Assembly: GCF_004010195.1 (NCBI RefSeq)
Contig: NC_057718.1
Location: 10,134,044-10,198,043, forward strand
DNA from: Chiloscyllium plagiosum
Lineage: Eukaryota
Direction of reading: 5' to 3'
Length of the DNA: 64,000 nucleotides
Shown here: positions 12,501 to 24,500 of the stretch, piece by piece
How positions within the stretch are numbered: position 1 is the first letter of the stretch
Layout: every line of letters starts with the position of its first letter
The notes under the pieces: model-generated
What the model saw: the letters and a program-made list of their open reading frames with translations, nothing else
Database searches by the model: none
Told to the model about the DNA's origin: nothing
Made by a program: the position numbers and the translations under genes

Positions 12501-15500
12501 CAAGGAATGGGATAAAACAGGGTCAGTGAGAGATAGTTAATGACAGTTAATGACAATGTAGCAACTGCACGACTTACAATAATGGAATTCGTGGCATAAG
12601 ACAAATGGAACAATACCTTTGAGATAAATAATTACGAGTGATTGTTAAACATTTCAAAAATAAATTAATATTGCTTATTATTTCCCTTAATGAAACAGTG
12701 CTGTATCAATGACTCAGATGAGACAGTACAGTCAGTGCAGGTTGTGCAGAGTCCCCATTACCTTACTCACCCATTGTGTAGTCACCAATCAGATATTCCT
12801 TCACATCGGACTTGTTACTGTGCACGGTTTTCAATGCACTGAAGAGTGGTCGCCAACCAGACTGGATCTGTGGGGAACAAACCTCCACCAGCTCTCCAAT
12901 CGATGTGATCACCTAAAAGTTAGAGGCACGTATATTTAAATGTCTGTTTTCATCGTGATGGCTACCCCATAACCTCCACAATCTTCTTTCCTCACCTTCT
13001 AAATTCTTACACTGAAGAATGCCAGAAGAGGCCGTTCAGCCCCTTGACCCCTGTTTTGCCATTCATTTTAAGCACTGGTTGATCTGCATTCTAACCTCAC
13101 CCACTCAGCTTTCGTCCATCACCCTAATACCTTCAACAAAACAAGAACTGACCAATCTCAGATTTGACCAGGCTCTCAAGGCATGCTTCACTCCAGAAAT
13201 AAAAGAGAGAAAGAAGCAAACAAGAAGGTTGAAATAAAATTACACCCCTCAGGCCTGTTCCATCTCTCATTTACAATTTACTGCTTGAAATATGCAAGGT
13301 GAAACATACAAGGTTGTTGGAGGAAAAACAACTGAAAGAACTGCAGATGCTGGAAATCACAAACAAATAGAAAATTTGCTGGAGAAACTCAGCAGGTCTG
13401 GCAGTATCGGTGGAGAGAAATCAGTGTTAGTGTTTCAAGTCCAGTGACCCTTCTTCAGACCCTGTCGGTAGCTAGGAAGAGATTGTTTTTTATGTATTAG
13501 CCTCAAAGACTTCCTGGGAAAAGCAATTTCCGAATTCCCTTCATTTAAAGAGGTGCTTCCCAGCAATACCTGAAAATGGCCCAGCTCTAATTTTAAGGGT
13601 ACACCCTCTTATCCTGCTCATTTTCTACCTTCCATCACTAAGTGCCTCAATCAGATCAAACCCATGACCTCCTATACTTAGAGATTAATACAAACATTGT
13701 TTTTGCAAACTGTCCTAATTTAAGCTTTACAGTTTGTGTTGTGACTTTCTGAAGTAATTATTATCTTTCAACTTTGTGGATCACAAAAAGTCACCAAGCA
13801 TTGAAGAAGGTCAGGGTGGGTTCTAGGGAAGGGAGGCTCTTTCTCCCATATGGGCCTCAACTAAAACGAACCATTTTAGGGCCTCAATGGGCCCAAAGGT
13901 GACGGGCTATCTGACAGCTCCTCCTGCTCCCTCTCCCCCGCAAAGCTCAGACAGGTTAGATAATGGTGGGGAAGTGGGCAGGTAGCTGTCAAGTTCACTG
14001 ATGAGAGATCATAAAACTCAACCCAGTGTCACTGGGAGTCAGTAAATGACTAGGCCTAGGGCTCATGGTAACTAGGAACCCAGGAATCACACCGGCTAAG
14101 GCCTGACAGCCTTGAGAATCACAGGCCTGGATCCTTCATTGCTTGGTCAGGGGAACAGACAAAGGGAATTGTGGCTGATGAGATATTTACCAGACAAAGC
14201 TGATATTGTATCCTACCTGATCTTGCACATCATCGTCACACAGTTCCAACTGCATGATGTGTTCAAATGGTCGGAAAAGGGCCTCATTGAAGTGAAAATG
14301 TGGCAGCTCATTCCAGTCAGTTAGAACTTCAGTCAGGATATCATGGATAAAGGAAACAGCTTTCTGGGAAACATGCCTCTCCTTGTGACAGGCAGCCTGG
14401 ACAAAGCAAAAATCCTTATTTAGTTCCAATACAAAAAAAACGAAAGGGGAGAAAAACACATTTTATAAAAATCTACTTTAGTTCTCATGAAGAATTTCCA
14501 GAAGTCATCTTTTGCCAACATTAAAATAAGAAAAACATTTCTGGAAACATTCAATGGATCCAGGAGGCAAAGAGTTAACGTTTCAGGTCAATGATCTTTC
14601 CTCAGATCTGGCAGAAAGTTTATGACCAGTCTGTTCAAAGTGATGACAATTTGTCCATCGAACTTTGAGTCTAAATGCCTTAACGATGAGGCACAGCGGC
14701 AATGGAGAAGGAATGCAAAGGAGGTAAATCCTGAACTCTGGGTCCCATTACCCCTTGGGGCATCCAATTTCCCCAGCCCTCTCCCCAGCAGCAGCATCGC
14801 ACGATCCTGAGCCAACACCTTCCGCAAATTTAGAGTTTAGCCAACATTTGTTATGTGCCCAACTTAGCCAGAATGTTTTTAATGATCAGGTCACTGATAT
14901 TAGATAAGGAAAAAACCATTGATCAGGAAACAGGGGAGAGCTCCCCCACTTTCCTTCTGGATATGTGCACCCCAAAGAGCAGATAGTGTCTCAGGTTAAT
15001 GTCTTATCTGAAAGCAAACAGCCTGACAATGAAGCACTCCCTCAGTCCCACACTCAGGGTGGATACCAAAAGCCAATGATGCCTGATACCAAAGGTCAAT
15101 GATGCCTGATAGTGGGGAATACAGGAATGGAATTCGGTGCTTACCTCTGCTAAGTGAGGTCCAACTACACTCCAGGTCTTCATGAGGTGCAACAGGGGAC
15201 GGGACCGGCTCCGAACAATTCGGAGCATCACATCACCAAGTCGGAAGAGATGCAGAGCGCTCCTCCGCTCGTGGGTGGATCTAGCGTCTCCTGTCGACCA
15301 AAGCAGAAGATGAATTAAAACGTAACCAAATCCATTCCTATCAATGTCACAAATGGCAGGTCGTGTGACTGTGACTAAGGGTAAACTTCTCTTCCTCATC
15401 CTTCTCAATCCGACATGGAAGATTCTGTATCCTTATTTATAAAGACCAGCATTTCAGATTCCTTTCTCAACCTGCCCTGACACACTTTACAAGCTCATGC

Positions 15501-18500
15501 ACATCTTCCCTGCCAAGGAGAAAAACACACTGACCACAAGTGGAGGTCACACAGGCCACAGTTCTGTCTAGTCAATGCACCTCACTATAGCCTCAATACG
15601 AGGAGGTCATGGACCAGGAACCAGCCAACAGGAAGCAGATCTTGTTGCCCTCAAGAGCCCAAGCCATCTTTGTGATTGCTCAGCCTGGCCTCCATGGGGC
15701 ACAGTCCTGCCTATGAGTTGTGACTTTCTACACAGGAAGCCCAGAAAGTAAACCATGACAGGTTTCTGGTGGGTTGGGGGTCCTCATTAAAAGGTATTCA
15801 GTGTCCAATCTGACATTGTCCCACTGAAAGCCACCCCCTGAATCTGCTCCCTGTGAGCTACAATCCACTGCAGTACAGCCGGCATTTCTCTCCTGTATTT
15901 GGATCCATCAGGAATCTTGGCCCTTGTGTGGATGTAGTACTGACAGCAGCCACTGTCTTCCTGGTGACATTGGTAAGCCTCCAATTGGCAAACATCTCTC
16001 CACATGAAGGAACTTGCTCTCTCAATGTCTTTGGTCCCATGAAGGGCCCACCAATGCCCAGTTAAAAGCCTAATTGGCACTTCATCCAGAGGGTCATGTC
16101 AGATACAGACAACGTTTAGATTATCTCCAGTTGCTGGGTAAGACACTGCTCCGTCCCCAGGATTGACTCTGTCATAGACACACTCTGTGATAAAGACTGA
16201 TCACTGTCACTAATCAGCATCTCTAATATTAAGTACTATGAGACTGCCTGGCTAGGCAGGTGTGAATGATTTGGATCTTGTCACACTTAGTAATTTATAG
16301 AAAATAGGAGCAGGAGTAGTCCATTCAGCCCTTCCAACCTGCTCCATCAATTGATATAATCATGGCTGATCATCCAACGCAGTCCCGTGTTCCTGCTTTC
16401 TCTCCATATCCTTCACCCATTCAACTCTAAGAACTATATTTAACTCCTTCATTGAATCACAGAGTTTCAGAAGTGTCACAGCAGAGGAGGAGGGCATTCG
16501 GCCCATTTTATTAGCTAGTGCCAATCTCCTGCCTTTCCCCATGAGTACGCTCACCATTTCTGTTCAATAATCACCAATGCCCTGTTCCATGCACCCCAAT
16601 TGAACCTGCCTCCACCAAATTTCCAGGCAGCGCATTCCATACAGTAACTATTCACTGTGTGAAAAAAGTTTTCCTTATCTAGTTTATCCAGCCCCCTCAT
16701 GGTTTTGGAAACCTCTATCAAATCTCCTGTCAGCCTTCGTCTCGACAAGAAGAACAGACCCAATATCTCCATTCTATCATCCTTCTTAAAAGCATTCAAT
16801 GTTTTGGCCTGAACTGCTTTCTGTGACCAAGAATTCCACATGCTCAAAGTTTTTGGACAATACAAAGATTGAGGGAGCTGGGGATATTGAGGAAGATTGT
16901 CAGCGGATACAGCAGGATAAAGGTAGGAACCTTGGATGGAGAAATGGCAGATGGAATTTAATCTGGACACCTGTGAAGTGATGGATTTTGGAAGGTCTAC
17001 TGCAGGAGGGAAGCATACTGTAAATGGTAGAATCTTTAAAAGCATTAAGGTACTGAGGGATCGAGGCATTCAGGGTCCACAATTTCCTGAAAGTGGCAAC
17101 ACAAGTGGATAAGGTGGTTGAGGACAAAATGGATCGTCCACTTGACTCCCCAGTTATTGGGAACATCTTTCCTGCATATACCCGATCTAGTCCTAACTAA
17201 TAGGCGGCATGGTGGCACAGTGGTTAGCACTGCTGCCTCACAGCGCCAGAGACCTGGGTTCAATTCCCGCCTCAGGCGACTGACTATGTGGAGTTTGCAC
17301 ATTCTCCCCGTGTCTGCGTGGGTTTCCTCCGGGTGCTCCGGTTTCCTCCCACAGTGCAAAGATGTGCAGGGTCAGGTGAATTGGCCATACTAAATTGCCT
17401 GAGGTGTTAGGTAAGGGGTAAATGTAGGGGTATGGGTGGGTTTCGCTTCGGCGGGTCGGTGTGGACTTGTTGGGCCGAAGGGCCTATTTCCACACTGTAA
17501 TGTAATCTAATGATCCAATCTCTCATCAAGCATCAGTTGTACCATTCCAGGAATCAGTCAATTGCCCTGGGCCTACATATCTTTCAGGGTGGCCATTTCT
17601 GTCTGTGCTACGTTTGGCCTTAAAAACCTGTTGGTCGCTAGAGTATAAACAGATAACCTAGCTGTTGCACCGTAGTGAGTGGTAGAAGGTTAGAACCGTC
17701 GAGTGTTACCTGGCATTGCTAGTGAGTAGTCCACAGTTTCTGTAATAGAGTCAAAGAGTTGAGCCTGTGACACTTTCCTCAGCTGATTGAGAAATCCCAC
17801 CAGAGCGTTGAGATTCAGCTTCACAGCAGCATCTTCAAACAACCTGTGAAAGAGGGGAAGCAGAGGAAAGAGGGGAGAGAGAAAGAAGGAGTGAGACAGA
17901 TTGAAGAAGAAAGAATTAAAGAGTAAATTATGAGAAACATCAGCTCTGAGAATGGGTTGAAGAGGTTGGGACTGTTCTCCTTGGAGAGAAAAAGGCTAAG
18001 AGGTGATCTGTTAGAGATGGAGAGGGTAGATGGACAGAAACTGTTTCTGTCTGTAAAAAGAACAGGAGGGCATCAATTTAAAGTGACTTGCAAAAGAAGC
18101 AAGTGCTGAGTAAGGAAAAACCTATTCACACAGTGAGTGGTTAGGGTACAGAATATACTGCTTTGAAATATGGTGGAGGCAGGTTCAACTAAGATATCCA
18201 AGAGGGGCATTGGATGGTTACTGGGATAGAAATAATTTGCAAGGGTATGGGGAAAAGGCAGGAGATTGGCACTTGGCAAAGACGTTCATTTGAAAAGCTG
18301 GAACAAGCACAATGGGCCAAACGGCCTCCTTCCGTGCTCCAACACAATCTGTGAAATTGCAGAATCACAAAATCACACAGAATTGTTACAGTATGGAAGG
18401 AGGCTATTTGGTCCACTGTGTCTGCACCGTCCCTCCGAAGGAAGAGCTCACTTCATACCATTCTCCTGCCCTCACACCGTATACCAGAAAATGATCCAGT

Positions 18501-21500
18501 TCCCTCTTGCACGCTCTCAGGCAAACACTCGCTGTGTCGACTAGTTTTTCCTCCATCTCAATTGTTTCTTTCGCCAATAACATTTGATCTGTACCTGTGC
18601 TATTTGATCCTTAGACCAGTGGGAACGGTTTGTCCCTATCAACTCATGATTTTAAGCATATCTACAGGAGAACAGTCCCACCCTCTCCACTCTATCTCTG
18701 CAACTGAGATTTTTCATCTTTGGAACCTCCTTCATGAATTTATTCTGCACTCCCCCTAATGCCACCGCATCCTTTGAAAAGAGTTGGTCCAAATCTGATT
18801 GCAGAACTCCAAAGTTCTGTACATGCTTTACACAACTTGCTCTTGTACTCTGTGCCTTTCATATTAAGCCCAAGGAATTATATATTTTATTGGCATCCTG
18901 CACTATCCCATGAAAGATTCATGCAGGGAGCATTGCAGGGAGGTGACCACAACAGTGCTCGTTGACAGAAAGGTGAGATAGTTCACAGGGTCCTATATTG
19001 CCGTATTTTCTGCAGCTTAGTGGACTCTGTGTTCCCTGCTCTTTCAGCTAATGTCAGGTTACTGTCCTCCTGATTTCTTTATTTGAAGGGGCTCCCCCTT
19101 AATATATTCAGTGGCAGTTCAGCTCCAAAAGTCTGATCTTTAACCACCCGGTGCAGATAGTTTGGAGGGTCCCCTTGCGGGTCAGCTCCTGGGTCTACTC
19201 CATTGTTGCCATTAACAGGTCCAAGTAGTAGGCCATTGAGGGTGTTATTAGACCCGACTGTCTGCCTCTGTTCCATGGCTATGTCCATGCCCATGTATCT
19301 CCGAGGTAGAAGTGTCAAAACGTGTGGCACTTGAAAAGCACAACTTGAAAGGCAGCATCTGAAGAGCAGGAGAGTCGCCATTTCAGGTATCAGCCCTTTA
19401 TCAGGAATGTTGGGGGGGCGGTGGCTGAGAGATAAATGGGATCGAGTGGGGCTGGGGGGAAGGTAGCTTGGAATGTGGTAAGCACCTCTATCAGCATTCC
19501 CTCCGCGAGACCATTCCCTCCGCGAGACCCTCGTTAGGTCCCCCACCAACCTACCCGCCACTCTCAGCACCTTCCCCTGCAACAGCAAGGGATATAAAAC
19601 CTGCACCCACACCTGCCCCCCTCACCTCATTCCACATCTGGCAGAGATTTTCCTGCATATCCAAACACCTCATCTATTGTGTCCGTTGCTCTCAATGTGG
19701 TCTCCTCTGCACTCGGGAGACAGGACGCCAACTTGTGGAACATTTCAGAGAACATCTCTGAGATACACGCACCAACCAACTCCACCGCCCTGTGGCCAAA
19801 CACTTCAACTCCTCCTCCCACTCCGCCAAGGACATACAAGGCCTGGGCCTCCTCCACCGCCAAACCCTTACCACCCGATGCCTGGAGGAAGGCACCTCAC
19901 CTTCCACCTTGGGACTCTATAACCACACATCATAAATGCAAACTTCTCCAGTTTCCTCATCTCTCCTGCCCCCACCTTATCACAGATCCAACCCTCCAAC
20001 TCGGCACCGCCTTCATGTCCTGTCCTGTCCTACCTGTCCATCTTACTTCCCACCTATCCGCTTCACCCTCACCTCCATTGACCTATCGCATTCCAAGCTA
20101 CCTTCCCCCCAACCCCATCCCCTTCCCATTTATCTCTCAGCCCCCTTGGCCCCACCCTCAACATTCCTGATGAAGGGCTTATGCCCAAAATGTCGATTCT
20201 CCTGCTCCTCAGATGCTGCCTGACCGACTGTGCTTTTCCAGGGCCACACTTTTTGACTCTGACTCTCCAGCATCTGTAGTCCTCACTTTCCCCTAGATAG
20301 GCATCACAAGGTGCCCAATGGTATACTCAAGGTCTTCTGCAACCAGTGGACTCCACTGGGGAAGGAGTGCATCATCTCCCCTCAAAGTAATATTTTAATT
20401 CAAATTTGATTTTAAATTTCCTTTGGATTTCACATTTTTTTTACTTCAATACAAAGGGCTGCCTCTTAAGTTAATTGATTAATTTGATTTTATTGGCTTT
20501 TCAAAAGAATTTACCCTTTCCCCCTTGCCCTGGTTCCTTTGCTCCTGCACATCCTTTAGAATTGTACTCCTTGCTTAATCCTCTCTCTGTGTTCTTCCTA
20601 CCAAAATTAATCATTAATTATGATTACGAATCCTTCAAGTGATGAGGTCTGTCCTGTTCTGATTTTGTTGGTGTTTCCCACACCTAGATTTTATTGTTTT
20701 ATCTTCGGGGTTTGAGCTGTCGGGAAAGACTAAAAAGGATGGGGCTGTTTTCCCTGACCGTCGGAGATTGAGTGCTGAACTTGTAGACGTTTATAGGAGG
20801 TAAATAGATAAGGTCTTTTCCCCAGGGTAGGGCAGTCCAACCCTAGAGGGCATAGGTTTCAGGTGAGAGGGGCAAGACATTAAAGGGACCTAAGGGGCAA
20901 CTTTTTTTATGCAGAGGGTGGTGCGTGTATGGAATGAGCTGCCAGAGGAAGTGGTAGAGGCTAACATAATCACAACATTTAAACGGCATCTAGATGGGTA
21001 TATGAACAGGAAGGGTTTAGAGGGATATGGACCAAGTGCTGGCATACGGGACTAGATTATCTTAGGAATCTGGTCAGCATGGACGAGTTGGACCAAAGTG
21101 TCTGTTTGAGCTGAAAATGTGTTGCTGGAAAAGCGCAGCAGGTCAGGCAGCATCCAGGGAACAGGAGAATCGACGTTTCGGGCATAAGCCCTTCTTCAGG
21201 AATGAGGAAAGTTTGTCCAGCAGGCTAAGATAAAAGGTAGGGAGGAGGGCCTTGTAGGCGGGGCGTCGGAATGTGATAGGTGGAAAGAGGTCAAGGTGAG
21301 GGTGGTAGGTCAGACTGGGGTGGGGGCGGAGCGGTAGCTTCTTCAAGGAAGGCATCCTTGTAAGAGGATTGTCTGTTTCCCTGCTATACAATTCTATGAC
21401 ACACGGTTCCCTTTTGATTAGATTAGATTACTTACAGTGTGGAATGGAATTAGGCCCTTCGGCCCAACAAGTCCACACCAACCCTCTGAAGAGCAACCCA

Positions 21501-24500
21501 CCCAGACCCATTTCCCTCTGACTAATGCACCGAACACTATGGGTAATTTAACATGGCCAGTTCACCTGACCAGCACATCTTTGGACTGTGGGAGGAAACC
21601 GGAGCACCCGGAGGAAAACCACGCAGACACGGGGAGAACGTGCAAACTCCACAGACAGTTGCCTGACCCTCCCTTGCTCAGACTTTGTGTCATTCTTTCA
21701 CAGGATTTTACCAATAGTTCTCTCCACGTGGACCTTGCTGGCAAACATTCACTTGCTTTCTTTTGTGCATCAGTTTGCCCCACCTGTCAGTCCCATATTC
21801 TGAAATTCCCATTGGTTCTCATCTCTACCCCCCCCACCATTCTTCCGATGCTTCTGAACAACAACTTCTATTTACATAGAACCTTTATCATAATAAGACA
21901 TCCCAAGGTGCCCAGACGCATGGGATTGAGAGTGATTTAACAGTTTGGATTAGAAACTGGCTTTCTGAAAGAAGGCAGCGAGTGGTGGTCGACAGAAAAT
22001 ATTCAGCCTGGAGTCCGGTTATTAGTAGTGTGCCACAAGGATCTGTTTTGGGACCACTGCTGTTTGTCATTTTTATAAATGACTTGGATGCAGGCATAGG
22101 TGGATGGATTAGTAAATTTGCAGATGACACTAAAGTCGGTGGAGTAGTGGACAGTGTGGAAGAATGTTACAGATTGCAGGGGGACTTGGATAAACTGCAG
22201 AATTGGGCTGAGAGGTGGCCAATGGAATTCAATGCAGCTAAACGTGAGGTGATGCACTTTGGGAAGAATAACAGGAAGGCAGAGTACTGGGTCAAAGAAA
22301 AGATTCTTGGTAGTGTGGATGTGCAGGGGGATCTTGGAGTCCATGTACACAGATCCCTGAAAGTTGCCACCCAGCTTGATAGTGCTGTTAAGAAAGCAGG
22401 AGAAAGTGAGGACTGCAGATGCTGGAGATCAGAGCTTAAAAATGTGTTGCTGGAAAAGCGCAGCAGGTCAGGCAGCATCGAAGGAGAAGGAGAATTGACA
22501 TTTCGGGCATATGCCCGAAACATCGATTCTCCTTCTCCTTTGATGCTGCCTGACCTGCTGCGCTTTTCCAGCAACACATTTTTAAGCTCTGTTAGGAAAG
22601 CATACAGTGTGTTAGGTTTTATTGGTAGAGGGATTGAGTTCCGGAGCCGCAAAATTATGCTGCAACTATACAAAAAGCTACTGCGGCCACACTTGGAATA
22701 TTGTGTACAGTTCTGGACCCATATTTCAGGAAGGATGTGGAAGCATTGGAAAAGGTGCAGAGGAGATTTACCAGGATGTTGCCTGGTCTGGAGGGAAGGT
22801 CTTATGAGGAAAGGCTGAGAGACTTGGGTCTGTTCTCATTGGAAAGAAGAAGGCTAAGAGGGGATTTGATAGAGACATACCAGATGATCAGAGGATTAGA
22901 TAGGGTAGACAGTGAAAGTCTTTGTCCTCGGGTGATGACGTCAGCTTGTACGAGGGGCCATAACTACAAATTGAGGGGTGATAGATTTAAGACAGGTGTC
23001 AAAGGCAGGTTCCTTACTCAGAGAGAGGTAAGGGCGTGGAATGCCCTACCTGCTAATGTAGTTAACTCAGCCACATTAGGGGCATTTAAACAAAACTTGG
23101 ATAAGCACATGAATGAAGATGGAATGGTGTAGGGGGGCGAGCTGAGAATAGTTCACAGTTTAGTGCAACATCAAGGGCCAAAGGGCCTGTTCTGCGCTAT
23201 ATTGTTCTATGTTTCATAGTAGCATTATAAAACAAAACATGGCACAAAGTCGCAAAGATCAGCTGTTAGCAGAGGTGGATATCACTGTGGCCAAAGGTCA
23301 AGAAGATAGAAAAATGGACAGGTTTGGAGAGAGAATTCCAGGGCTCCGTGTGTAGGCATTGCCATCAATGGTGGAGTGAATAAAATTGGGGAAACTCCAG
23401 AGGCCAGAATTAAAGTAGCGCAGGTATTTCAGAGAGTTAGACAGCTGAGGGAGATTCCAGAAATTGGGATGAGAATTTTAAAATCAGGACATTGTTTGAC
23501 TGCGAAACAATGTAAGTCAGCGAGCACAGGGGAGTGGGACTTGGTGGGAGAAAGGGCAAGGGTAGTAGAGTTTTAGATGACCTCAAGTTTATAGCGGGTT
23601 AGAATGTGGGAGGCCAGGCAGGAACGTGTTGGTCATGACCAGAGGTAGCTCTGTTCTCAACTGAGCTCTCAAGCACCTTCCTTAATGTCATCATCTTTCG
23701 CCGAGCATCCATTTTTGTTTGATTTTGAAGTACCTATGAATAGCACCATAGAAACATAAGCTGTTGTACCACAGTTCTTAACAGCCTTCTGGGCAGTAAA
23801 TGCTGGCCTAGCCAGTGATGCCCATATCCTGTGAATGAATAATAATAAAAAAAATGCTGGCCTCAAAATATCGAGTATTTATGCAATACATCATCCATTT
23901 TTTAAACTCTCATTGCTCTTACTACCTTGTATCTATGCTATTTTTTGTATTGAGGTGTTTCATACCTTAGATGGTGCCGTGTATGGAGACATTACACACA
24001 TTTCACTGTACTCCTGTACTTGAGTATACATGACAATAAAATCTAAAATCTAAATCAGGGTTACAGGTCCAACATTAATTAACATTTTGCCCAATGGTGC
24101 TTGATGTGCCTGAGGAAATCGGAATAGAAGGCAACCCATTTAGTTACTTTTAAATAATTTTCCTAACGTTATGCATAGAAGAGGCAGGATTTGGGAATGA
24201 ATCTTTTTACAGAGCACGTGGTAATGAGCTGCAACTCGCCGCCCACTGTGAAAGCAGAGATGGTCTATAATTTGCAAAGGAAACTGGATGATCACTTGAA
24301 CGAAATCAATTTGCAAGGCCAGAGGGAATTAAGAGTTAACATGGACTCGGTGGTCTGAATGGCACGCTTCAGTGCTACAGTGACGCTATGAAACTTATGA
24401 ATATTTTGAATTACAGAATATTTGCAGTTGTTATGACCCCAAGTGATGGCAATACTAGACACGTCAGATCCCAGAGTAAAACCTGGTTTGATAGACCATC

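Noticed and set aside
17203..17275. tRNA gene (also 58347 and 53887)
   Set aside because: The A/B boxes run straight into the V-domain and tail; these are SINE heads.
21982..23132. Functional reverse transcriptase gene
   Set aside because: 5'-truncated, interrupted by an insertion and frameshifted near 22718.
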